64,000 nt of DNA, taken from IMG/VR virus record IMGVR_UViG_2893967813_000002, positions 1-64,000 of that record; one strand, written 5' to 3'. Source of the stretch: a virus (Duplodnaviria > Caudoviricetes). Made by a program: the position numbers and the translations under genes. Positions within the stretch are counted from its first letter, which is position 1; each line of letters starts with the position of its first letter. Below are positions 1-9,036 of this stretch, one piece after another. The notes beneath the pieces were generated by a model that saw only the letters and a list, made by a program, of their open reading frames with translations, was not told the origin of the DNA and did not search any database.

Positions 1-1217
1 AAAGTATATGTAAGACTCTGTCTAATATTTTTCCCTTATATGTAAGACTCTGTCTAATATTTTTCCCTTATATTTTAATTGATGAATATCAAGATACAAA
101 AGAATTGCAGTATGTGATTTTAGGTGCAATTTTAAAAACCGGAAAAGATAATAAAGCTTTTATTGTTGGTGATCCGAATCAATCTATATATGGTAATTTA
201 GGAGGTTTTCCAATGGATAAAGCTCAATTGGAAAATGTAACGGGATTATATTATGACGAATTATCATTAAGCTATAATTATAGATCATCATCTCTTCTTG
301 TATCATATTTTGATTATTTTAAAACTTATGCAAACAAAATAGAGGCTGTTGGAAAAACGAGGACTACCAAAGCGTTATTAGTTATAATAAGACTGTTTCA
401 GTTGAAGATTTAGAAAATGAAATAGTTCGTATAATTAAAACAAATATTGATGAATATCGTATTTCTCCGAATGAAATATGTATACTTGCACCCCAATGGA
501 TTCATTTATCAGGTTTAACTAGAAATTTAATGGCACGCTTACCTCAATATAGTTTTGATGGGCCCGGCATGGCACCATTTGCACGTGATATTGATAATTT
601 TTGGTATAAATTATCACGTATTATATTAACAGACTCTACTCCGGGTTTATATATCAGAAGATTACGTTGGGCAAGTGAAATAGTAACAAACCTTTTATCA
701 ATTGGAGTAACAAATATTGATTTATCTGCCAAACAAATATTATATATTTGTAATAGCATATCAATAAACGAACAAGATGGTTTGGAGTATCTAAAAAAAA
801 TTTTTCGATGCATTTCTTGAAAGAGTCAATATTGACATTAATCAGAATAAATATTTAAAAATGCATTATGATGCTTTTTTTGATAGCTCTGAAAAACGTA
901 TTGATAGTTTAAAAAAGAAAGGTGCAGAGTTTATAATGCACATTGATGCATTTAGAAAAGTCTTTCAACAAAAAAAAGGAATTACTATCTCAACAAACCA
1001 TGGGGTAAAAGGAGCAGAATTTGATACAGTAATAGCTTTTGGACTGTTAGATGGCTATGTTCCACATTTTAGTGAGTCAAATAAGGAAGAGAGTGCTAAA
1101 CGAATATTGTATGTTATTGCTTCAAGAGCAAGGAAAAACTTATATTTAATATCTGAGCAAGGTCGAAATAAAACTCCAACTCCCATACTTAGTAAATATG
1201 GATATAAATATAAGTAA
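1..1217 (+). CDS. UvrD/Rep SF1 helicase, GajB-like; 5' part outside window, broken by two homopolymer frameshifts (~357, ~800)
   Basis: Motifs DEYQDT (82-99), GDPNQSIYG, NYRS, TNHGVKGAEFD, LYVIASRARKNL across ORFs 105..413, 530..820 and 861..1217; one-base corrections in A runs restore one frame. Confidence 0.75.
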
Positions 1218-1282
1218 ATATTTGTGGTAGTCTAAATAATATAATGGGGTTCACCTTAAAATCTTAAAATTAAATAAAAAAA

Positions 1283-1305
1283 ATAGAGGGCTGTCACCCC
1301 TCTAT
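1283..1305 (-). terminator. Rho-independent terminator
   Basis: ATAGAGGG/CCCTCTAT stem followed by a T run on the minus strand. Confidence 0.65.
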
Positions 1306-1312
1306 GCGCTAT

Positions 1313-1432
1313 TTACCTTTTAGTAGGTAAACTTCTACAATGTTCTCTCACGTATTCCAGTTTGCCAAATCGGAACCTCTAGTAAGAACGAACATGTACA
1401 GGCTTGCCACATGAGCACTGGACTGTTATCAT
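1313..1432 (-). pseudogene. 39-codon Arg/His-rich small ORF with internal TAG at codon 18
   Basis: MITVQCSCGKPVHVRSY*RFRFGKLEYVREHCRSLPTKR, directly followed by a terminator. Confidence 0.45.
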
Positions 1433-1627
1433 TTTTTGAGACAGAGCCCAACCCTAACAGTTCAAAAAGTTGAGATGTCTTTTTATACTTTTATTCATAT
1501 ATTTAACCTTGTCATTTTTACATTGTATCTTGTTTGGCTTATACAATGGATGGCAAGGAAGACAAAGGTAATTATATATATTGAAATGGGAAAATGTATT
1601 GATGATTAATATTTTTAGTGTTTTTGA

Positions 1628-3193
1628 TTATCTTTTTATTGAACGTTCATCATCAACATTATCATAGTTACCTTTCTGACCAACTTCCCACTCACGTTTC
1701 TCACTATGACTGCCACCACCTGCATCACGCAGCTTGGCTTTGCCAGAGAAGCGTGAAGTAGGTTTTGTTGGTTGTTGGGGTTTATATCGTTCAATTTGCT
1801 TCATCCGCTGTTCCTTTAACCGTTGAAGATTAAAGTTCTCTTCAGTAAGGTTTATAATGATATGCTGCTTGAAGTTGATGGCATAAGTTGCATCCTCATC
1901 ATGACAGATAGTAAAACCTTCTTCATGCAGTTGCCTTCTGATAGAGGTTACTGTTTCATCATTGAATATCTCACGCAAACGGTTTACAGCATCAGTATGA
2001 TATTGTGTTCTTTCCGGAGATATATCTACTAAATCTGTCCGGGAAACCTTAAATATCTTACAAAGCAAATCCCGTTCAGCCTCAGTAGCCGGACTGAACA
2101 TTTCTACCATAGCTATACGGTTATTACGGTCAATTGCTTCTGCCATAAAAGGTTTCAACGGACGGCTTTGGTCATCAAAATAGATGATACCTTTCTTGAT
2201 ATAGGCACGCTGCTTCCTGATTTTACTGTATATTTCACCCTGGGTAATCTTCGGATTGAGTGTTAGTAACCGGTCAATATAGTCCTCAATCCGATTGAAC
2301 CGTTCTTCAGGAGTAGTAAAGTCCAGAAACTCCTCTACAGCCAGTACTCTTGCACCATGAATGACGGTCTTGTTTGCATGATCAACGAGCATATATCCGT
2401 ATGGAGCATCCTTCTTGCCGAAGAACACAATGTCAATACCGAACTTCGTTTTCAGTTCCTTCTGCAGTTCCTCCTTGTTGGAACTTACATCACGGTATTT
2501 CTTTAATATGCTTCTAAGCTGACGGCAACGTGTCCTTTCCCGATAACCGCTCTTGAAAAGACTTTCTATTTCAGTAAAAGGAATTTCCTTCTGAACCTTT
2601 CCACCATGCTTGACGAATACATTCCCTTCTTTCTGATAGACCTCATATCCCATGGAAACCATTATTGCCTTGAACTGGGCAAATGAAGAGAATGTGTACT
2701 GCTTGGACAAATTAATGTCATCTTCCGTTTTTTTCTTCCTGTCATTCCCAAGAATGCGGTCAATGACTTCCTGAGAACGTCTGCGCTCATGGCTGTGCTG
2801 AATCTTTCTTCCATCAGGTGCCACTCTCGAAGTGATGATATGAAGATGGGTATTCTCCGTGTCATAATGGGAGTAAACAAGCAACGGCTGACCGGATTCT
2901 CCGTATCCCATTTCCTTGAGATACTGGTGTGCAAAATCCAACAATTCTTCTTCCGACATGTCGTGACCCTTACATGATATGGCCACATGAAACTGCGGTT
3001 TCCTGATTCTGCTGTTCTGTGAACTGTACTTCTGGAGATAACCGACTAGCTCACTCGGGGTAGGTTTGTGAAATGTTCCGAGTGAACCGAAATTCTGAAT
3101 CTCGATAAGCCGTGCAACACCTTTCGAGACTTTATGTTCATTATATCCTACAGCATGGAAGTTAGAGCTTCCCGGTAATATGGTTGCTATCAT
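1628..3193 (-). CDS. Relaxase/mobilization nuclease (MOB_P-like)
   Basis: N-terminal AVGYN tyrosine motif, FHVAISC, HYDTENTHLHII 3-His motif; downstream of mobC. Confidence 0.9.
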   Translation of the reverse strand: MIATILPGSSNFHAVGYNEHKVSKGVARLIEIQNFGSLGTFHKPTPSELVGYLQKYSSQNSRIRKPQFHVAISCKGHDMSEEELLDFAHQYLKEMGYGESGQPLLVYSHYDTENTHLHIITSRVAPDGRKIQHSHERRRSQEVIDRILGNDRKKKTEDDINLSKQYTFSSFAQFKAIMVSMGYEVYQKEGNVFVKHGGKVQKEIPFTEIESLFKSGYRERTRCRQLRSILKKYRDVSSNKEELQKELKTKFGIDIVFFGKKDAPYGYMLVDHANKTVIHGARVLAVEEFLDFTTPEERFNRIEDYIDRLLTLNPKITQGEIYSKIRKQRAYIKKGIIYFDDQSRPLKPFMAEAIDRNNRIAMVEMFSPATEAERDLLCKIFKVSRTDLVDISPERTQYHTDAVNRLREIFNDETVTSIRRQLHEEGFTICHDEDATYAINFKQHIIINLTEENFNLQRLKEQRMKQIERYKPQQPTKPTSRFSGKAKLRDAGGGSHSEKREWEVGQKGNYDNVDDERSIKR

Positions 3194-3310
3194 ATTGAAT
3201 TCTAATAATCATGGTTTATGTGACTGAGTATCCGAAATACTTCAAGCTCATTAATCTATGGTTACACAATAATAATATCTGAAATGATTGAATACCGTGT
3301 AATCTGCAAT

Positions 3311-3697
3311 TCAGATTCTGACAGCTTTCTGTGTCAGAGAATCAAGGTCTTTCTTTATTCGGTTCAATGTTTCCTGAGTTTCAAGGATAACAGGTAACAG
3401 AACTTCCTGAATATAGCTGGGAGCGAGTAACCCGGCTACCGCAAGTTCATTGGCACGTTTAACTGACTGATTAAGGTTTCCTCCTGCCCAGGAAAGTTCA
3501 TTCTGATATTTTCGGTAAAACAACCCCAAATCATTCATCAGTTCGAGCTGCCTTTTGGTTCCGATATTTGAATACTCTGCCAGTGCAGAGCGTATATAAT
3601 GACTCACGGATGAATAGGAGGCAGATTTCTCCTTAAACTGTTGTACTTCCTCCGGTGTCATTCTGACCTTGATGTACTTGGTTCTCTGATTCTTCAT
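3311..3697 (-). CDS. mobC: MobC-like relaxosome accessory protein (ribbon-helix-helix)
   Basis: RTKYIKVRMTPEE...SVSHYIR and GGNLNQSVKRAN motifs; upstream of relaxase. Confidence 0.85.
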   Translation of the reverse strand: MKNQRTKYIKVRMTPEEVQQFKEKSASYSSVSHYIRSALAEYSNIGTKRQLELMNDLGLFYRKYQNELSWAGGNLNQSVKRANELAVAGLLAPSYIQEVLLPVILETQETLNRIKKDLDSLTQKAVRI

Positions 3698-3782
3698 ACT
3701 TGGATACATTGGTGGTTAGGTTTCCCGGACCTTCTTTCGCCATGCGAAACAGCGGCCAGCCGCTCCGATGCGCCAGCATTCG

Positions 3783-3839
3783 GCAAGTTACTTTTGTGAG
3801 TACGAAACGGAGTTTTGTGGCCACAAAAGTACAACTTGC
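3783..3839. promoter_or_regulatory. Candidate oriT
   Basis: Imperfect inverted repeat GCAAGTTACTTTTGTG / CACAAAAGTACAACTTGC upstream of mobC; each arm contains a YAWCYTG MOB_P-type nic consensus (CAACTTG on +, TAACTTG on -). Confidence 0.55.
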
Positions 3840-4570
3840 TTGGAAAACTCTGCACAGCAGAACGATGCCTTCCGGGAATGATTATTACACCCAAATTTAC
3901 CGGAGAAAGCCGTTGCAAACCGAAATCTGCAACACAATTCTTTGGAGGCATATTCCGGCTTACCATGTGCTGTAGCATCAGGTTGTCCTGGAATATCCAC
4001 ATAGCAGAATATTGTTGTATAGAATCCTAGAACCTATCAAGCCAATATCAGTGTGTTCTGAAATAGATGCTACAAGCATTATTCAATCATAGAACCATAC
4101 AAATCGCAGTAATCAGTAATCAATGCTTCGTTATTTATGGTTGGATAAACCAAAGTTTCAAAAACACTGAAGATGTAGTTATATGGGATAGATGGCTATT
4201 GTTCTCATAAAAACTATATCCAATATAATATGTAGTTCCGATACCATGATAGTATGGTAAAAGTAACCTGATTGTCTCAGTACCTGGAATTCCAATAAAG
4301 GGAAAATGAAATCTTGTAGCTGATTCAGCTGATGAAATGGCTATCGGGAAACCTTATTTTATCTGAACTATATTGCAAAAATATTCAGATGGAATAACCC
4401 TGTATTCAGAGTCTGGAGACACCTTATCACCATAGTGATATAACACTGATAATCAGTAGAAATCTACTCGAATAACAAGAAAATAGTGTTGCGTAAATTT
4501 CTGTATCTCATTGATTTTTAGTATATTTATATAATTAATAAGCTCTTATATTCATTAAATACTACACATT

Positions 4571-4783
4571 ATGTTTGAATTGCTGTTGATTATATATCTG
4601 TTGCCGGTACTTATTATCGGTATGTTGCTCCTGAAGCTGGTATTCTGGCTTTTGAAGATTGCCATACGTCTGGCAGTCTGGTTGGTAAAAAAGGCTTTCA
4701 TCCTTATATGGAAGCTTATCGTACTTGTCTTTGCCATACTTATAGGCTGTGATGTCATGCCCTGGAATCAACCGGACAAATAG
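4571..4783 (+). CDS. Small hydrophobic membrane protein
   Basis: 70 aa, almost entirely hydrophobic with spaced Lys residues. Confidence 0.55.
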   Translation: MFELLLIIYLLPVLIIGMLLLKLVFWLLKIAIRLAVWLVKKAFILIWKLIVLVFAILIGCDVMPWNQPDK

Positions 4784-4856
4784 AAAGGAACCGCACCAAT
4801 ATGAGAAATGGTACGGTTCTGAAACAAATGGGCTGATTTCCCCTATATGTTCAAAT

Positions 4857-6352
4857 TTAGAATCCCTTGCCTTTGCTTCTGACATATACTGCTTCTTTTT
4901 GAGAATCACAGTTTGTCAATCGGAACTGTACATTACATCCTATGGGGATGTCATTAGGAAGTTGATTGGCAAGTGCTGAAATGACATCATCAACGGTATC
5001 AAAACCTATGTCTGTAACTTCGGCAATAACTTCGCCTTTGAAATATGCTCTTCCATATATCATCATCTTTTTTGTAATACGAAACATTTTCTCTGCAGGT
5101 GATTCAAAGTTACGAACCAAACTCTGTTTACTGTTTTTATTACTGAAAAATATGAAGTCTATGATTTTTGCATTAAGTTCCCATGCTGGAGTAAAGTCTA
5201 TTTTTACATAGCCTCTTGTTATATTAAATCCATGGCTATGGTTCATACCAAATGCTACCTCATACATATTTGCTCCACAATCGTTTTGAGCAATGGTTGC
5301 CCAGGTATGACGAAACGTATAAAAGCAATAATATTCCTCCTTGGACATTCCCATATCTTGGCATATTCGCCTGATTCCCATATTTATATTGGCATTGAAA
5401 CTATCGGAATTACTATAACGACTATGAAAATTAAACAGATATTCATCTGTCTGGTCCGTAGATAGATATTTATTAAATGTATCCTGTATAAACGGTTCAA
5501 TACGAATCTCCATGTATGCTTCATCCCTACGACTATGTCTTGTTTTCGCTCTCTTATATCCTATAATACCATTTTTATAATCTTTCTTTTTCAGTTCGTA
5601 AAGGTCTATCGTGTTAATACCACCCATACACAATGAAAGCAGGGCTATATCTCTGCCGAGTTCAGGAAGGGGAGATACCATTTTACTTTGTGGCAGAGGA
5701 CGATTAAAGAATTCACGACAAGCTTCTGCACTGATTGCTCTTTTCAGTGTATTGTCTGATTTTGGGATTATAATTTTTAGCCATGGATTGTATTTTATAC
5801 GCAAAATACCACGTTCTTCGTCATTCAATTCTATGATTGCTTTCTTAAAAATCTGTCTGATGCAAGTGGGATACATTTCTTTTGCTCTGCTGGTCTTATA
5901 CAATGTGTCAATCCATTGTGTTAAAACAGAAGTCGTAAGAATGCTAAACATGATTTTGGTAGTACCTATATACCGTTCTAAATGATTGACTGCAAGTTTA
6001 TAGTTTTTAGCATTACGTTCATGCCCTTCAGATTCCATCTTCGAAATAAACTTTCTCGCATAATCACTGAAGCATGTCTCTTCATCATTTTTGTGAAGGA
6101 ATTCTATGACATCCTTAAGTTCCCAAAATGTAGCGTCAACACGATTCAGTTTGTCTGTATATTGGCGTATGATTATGGCACAATATTCATCACTACCGGA
6201 TCTGTTAACTCACCACTACTGGTTATATGAGCCGGATCAATAATCTTGTTAGTCTTGATGTAACTTGTTTTGCGCTGATGTGTGACTCTAATGTAAACTG
6301 TATAGAATCCATCTGATCTTGGCTTTTTTACCGTTGCTTTGAATGTTGTCAT
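4857..6352 (-). CDS. int: Tyrosine recombinase/integrase with N-terminal arm-binding domain; frameshift near 6195
   Basis: MTTFKATVKKPRSDG...YIRVTH arm-binding start at 6352; catalytic residues K(RAK), YTFRHTWAT, H(SH), Y(TRGY); one G restores the frame into ORF 4857..6038. Confidence 0.9.
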
Positions 6353-6380
6353 ACCTACTATATTTTAATGATAAAACAAT

Positions 6381-6443
6381 GGGGAAAACTTTGGGGTAAA
6401 CGGGGTAAACATGGCCATTTTTGGGGTAAACATAGAGTAAAAC
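6381..6443 (+). repeat. GGGGTAAAC direct repeats, candidate integrase arm-binding sites
   Basis: GGGGTAAAC at 6393, 6402 and 6423, plus variants GGGGAAAAC (6381) and GAGTAAAAC (6435), between integrase start and att remnant. Confidence 0.55.
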
Positions 6444-6500
6444 AAATACGTTTATTTGGCTCATTTTTTGCGGTCAAATGTACGAACCGTCTAAGCGCAA

Positions 6501-6542
6501 ATCAGGCTGTAACTACCGTAAAACGGTGAATTACAGCCTGAT
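6501..6542. terminator. 12-bp inverted repeat hairpin downstream of the ppdK remnant
   Basis: ATCAGGCTGTAA...TTACAGCCTGAT with inner ACCGT/ACGGT stem. Confidence 0.6.
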
Positions 6543-6565
6543 ATAAAAATAATATTTTTAAGAGA

Positions 6566-6598
6566 TTATTCCTCTATTGCAGCTTGCGCCGCCGCTAA
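6566..6598 (-). other. ppdK: Displaced 3' end of pyruvate phosphate dikinase gene; probable att core
   Basis: TTA GCG GCG GCG CAA GCT GCA ATA GAG GAA TAA encodes LAAAQAAIEE*, matching the conserved PPDK C-terminus (...RVPIARLAAAQAA); no start codon and a stop 3 codons upstream. Confidence 0.7.
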
Positions 6599-6658
6599 TA
6601 ACAGCTACTTCTGAGGTACTTGTGAATTGTCATACAACAATTTGACAACAGCGTCTTT

Positions 6659-7469
6659 TTACTTGATTATTTCATATTTTTCTATTGCAATTATGGTTTT
6701 TGTCCATTTATCAAAGAACTCATCGTCTGATGCCTGCATATATCGCCCATTAAGGGCAAAAAGAAAGGCCACAATCAACGCAAATACGAAAAACAATACT
6801 TTTATCGTCTAAGTGATTTGAGTGCGTGTAAATCGCTTAAAACACATAATGAGTATCATCGCATTTTAGGTCATTTGCTTCAATATCCATAATTGTTTTT
6901 GCCAAGACTGTTGTTCTTTCAGAAGGCCAGCCATCATTGATAGATATAGGCTTGGTAAATTCAATCGTGTAATACCACCACTCTATACCGAACGAAATAT
7001 TCGTAATAACCCCTTTAACGTATTTGTTGCTTTTGTCACGTATGAATATCTCTTTCCCTTTATGATAGAATGGTTTATATTCGCATTCCCGCGAAAGACA
7101 ATAAGTTTTCCATTCCTTTGGTGTTTGAACTGTAACATCGTAAAGCATTTCTCTAATATTTTCACTGCTCATCATTTCATCATATAGCAATAGGTCAAAT
7201 AAGGTCTTGAATTTACGATATTGAGCTACTGTCAGATGAAATCTCGAAGCTGCTTGCACATCGGGGGATTTCTTTGCCTTGATAACATTCGTGATAATCG
7301 ATAGAAAAAAGATTATTCCAACGAAGACCAATCCTCCAAGAATTGATTTCCAAGGTTGGTTTATTCCACTCAGCCAAGTTGTAGAAACAAAGTAAGTAGC
7401 GACTCCGGCGACAGCGTACCAAAATACTTGTGCCAAGATATTGAAAACTAAAATTGTTTTCTTCTCCAT
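6659..7469 (-). CDS. Accessory membrane protein (2 N-terminal TM helices); probably extends past 6837 after indel correction
   Basis: ORF 6837..7469; protein-like frame ...VDCGLSFALNGRYMQASDDEFFDKWTK...EIIK* continues to 6659. Confidence 0.55.
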
Positions 7470-7849
7470 TACTTACCCTCCATCATCTTTTCGTAAACCT
7501 TAATCAATCTCTCTTTCTCTGCGAGTAACTCCTCCAAATGCTTCACACGTTCTGCAAGAATAGCATCTGTACCTACAGATACATTGCCCATCATTGAAGC
7601 TGGGCTAAAATCTCCATTTGTTTCAACTGTATTATTTGATAGTTTTGATACATCGTCATCAAAAAATATTCGTATGTCTGCTTTCAATAAAAATGCAATC
7701 TTTTCTAAGTCGGCAGCTTGAATTTTGTTGTTCCTAATGCATCTATGCAAGTTTTGCTCGCTCATACCAACATCGGTAGCAAGTTTCTTTAGTCCACCAC
7801 CTCTGTTTTCGCTTAATTTTCTAATAACCTCCAAGTTCATGACTGACAA
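7469..7849 (-). CDS. XRE-family HTH phage repressor (cI-like)
   Basis: LKKLATDVGMSEQNLHRCIRNN HTH; divergent from the early operon. Confidence 0.8.
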   Translation of the reverse strand: MSVMNLEVIRKLSENRGGGLKKLATDVGMSEQNLHRCIRNNKIQAADLEKIAFLLKADIRIFFDDDVSKLSNNTVETNGDFSPASMMGNVSVGTDAILAERVKHLEELLAEKERLIKVYEKMMEGK

Positions 7850-7887
7850 GTATTTATGTTGTTTGACTAAAATTTAATTTCGCATAC

Positions 7888-7941
7888 ACTAAATTTTACG
7901 ACGAAAATATTTGTTCGTCACGAATAAATATATTAGCTTTG
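7888..7941 (+). promoter_or_regulatory. Canonical Bacteroides promoter for the early operon with overlapping operator-like inverted repeat
   Basis: TTTG (7910-13)-N20-TAGCTTTG (7934-41); GACGAA/TTCGTC inverted repeat 7900-7919 covers the -33 box. Confidence 0.65.
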
Positions 7942-7981
7942 CACCATAAAGTTAAACATTAAACTTCAAACGACCGAAGAT

Positions 7982-8170
7982 ATGGCTAAAAAAAAGACGA
8001 TTACAGGCGAATTAGAGCCTATGAAAATCGGAGAGAGCAAGGAGTTCCCTGCATCACTCTGTACAACTGCGAGAAGTATGGCGAGTATGCTTGGTTTCAA
8101 ATGGAACAGAGTGTACAAGACAGAAACCGACCGTGAAAGACGTGTTGTCATTGTCAAACGAATAAGTTAA
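7982..8170 (+). CDS. Small basic Cro-like/early protein
   Basis: 62 aa, first gene divergent from the repressor. Confidence 0.55.
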   Translation: MAKKKTITGELEPMKIGESKEFPASLCTTARSMASMLGFKWNRVYKTETDRERRVVIVKRIS

Positions 8171-8176
8171 TCAACC

Positions 8177-8342
8177 ATGTACACATTCATCGACAATTGG
8201 TGCGGCGACCATTACGAATTTCCCACCCTCCGTAAAGCGAAAAAAAGAAGCAAAGAATCACACTTGCGGATTCCCTGTTTACATCTACAAAGGTTCTCAA
8301 ATCGTGGCGATTGTACCACCGCAAGAAAATCCGTTACCATAA
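8177..8342 (+). CDS. Hypothetical phage protein (extra A near 8243)
   Basis: Removing one A gives ...KAKKEAKNHTCGFPVYIYKGSQIVAIVPPQENPLP*. Confidence 0.45.
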
Positions 8343-8361
8343 CCGTTAAAAACGAAATTAT

Positions 8362-8625
8362 ATGAAATCATCAGTAAAAAACAATCTCAAACATAGGATT
8401 GAACAGGCAGAAGATTATCTGGATGACCACTTGGAAAATATCACGAACATAACCCAGCTTGTGCTGACAGTCATCATGTTTTTATGTGTTATCGCAGGTG
8501 GAATCGCACATCTCGTAATGGGAAACCTTTCACTTATCGGCATTCTTGTCGTAGCACTTTTAGCCTATCTCGTTTGGCAGATGTACAAAATTGCGTGGAC
8601 TGAGTATCAACAGGATAAAAAGTAA
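8362..8625 (+). CDS. Hypothetical 2-TM membrane protein
   Basis: 87 aa with two hydrophobic segments, in operon. Confidence 0.55.
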   Translation: MKSSVKNNLKHRIEQAEDYLDDHLENITNITQLVLTVIMFLCVIAGGIAHLVMGNLSLIGILVVALLAYLVWQMYKIAWTEYQQDKK

Positions 8626-8630
8626 AAACT

Positions 8631-8900
8631 ATGACAACCCTCGATTTCTCCGACAAATCAGTAACCTATGACACCTTTGTCCACGATGTGGCAAGTTCGG
8701 TGGTTCGTATGCTTTCAGAGGCACACAACGACCCCGAAATAATCAGCCAACGACAAGCATATGAAATGTTCGGGCGTGGAAATGTTGACAGATGGCGCAG
8801 ACAGGGCAAGATTGAGCCTTACAAACGCCCCGGAAAGGTGGAATATCGGACAGCGGAGTTGAGAGCCTTGCAGAAACCCCGACAGGATTATTTCAAATAA
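8631..8900 (+). CDS. Excisionase-like winged-helix DNA-binding protein
   Basis: ISQRQAYEMFGRGNVDRWRRQGKIEPYK...VEYR resembles MerR/Xis-type wHTH. Confidence 0.55.
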   Translation: MTTLDFSDKSVTYDTFVHDVASSVVRMLSEAHNDPEIISQRQAYEMFGRGNVDRWRRQGKIEPYKRPGKVEYRTAELRALQKPRQDYFK

Positions 8901-8908
8901 CGAGATAA

Positions 8909-8995
8909 GGGAGTGTAGCTCAGCGGATAGAGCGGCGGTGTACACCCGAATGGCCAAGATGCAGCAGGTCGCAGGTTCAAATCCTGCCACTCCCT
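8909..8995 (+). tRNA. tRNA-like RNA with aberrant 31-nt anticodon arm; no assignable anticodon
   Basis: Acceptor GGGAGTG/CACTCCC, D-arm GCTC-AGCGGATA-GAGC, variable loop AGGTC, T-arm GCAGG-TTCAAAT-CCTGC; CCA not encoded. Confidence 0.7.
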
Positions 8996-9036
8996 CAACA
9001 TAACAAACTGTATTAATAACTTAAAGTATTATCATT

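Larger units (their letters stand above)
1..6565. mobile_element. Integrative mobilizable element (integrase + oriT + MobC + relaxase + defence-type cargo); left end outside window
   Basis: Tyrosine integrase facing inward from an att-like junction at ~6380-6600, then mobC-relaxase and a convergent AT-rich UvrD cargo gene; no T4SS genes in window. Confidence 0.75.

Noticed and set aside
4857-6352. Integrase as the prophage's own integrase
   Set aside because: The att-like ppdK remnant lies between it and the phage genes and it faces the mob genes; tentative until the right end is seen
6381-6443. CRISPR array or iterons
   Set aside because: 9-bp units with irregular 0-12-bp gaps next to an integrase fit arm-binding sites; no Rep gene
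6627-6812. 61-aa plus-strand ORF
   Set aside because: Shadow of the frameshifted minus-strand continuation of the 7469 membrane protein
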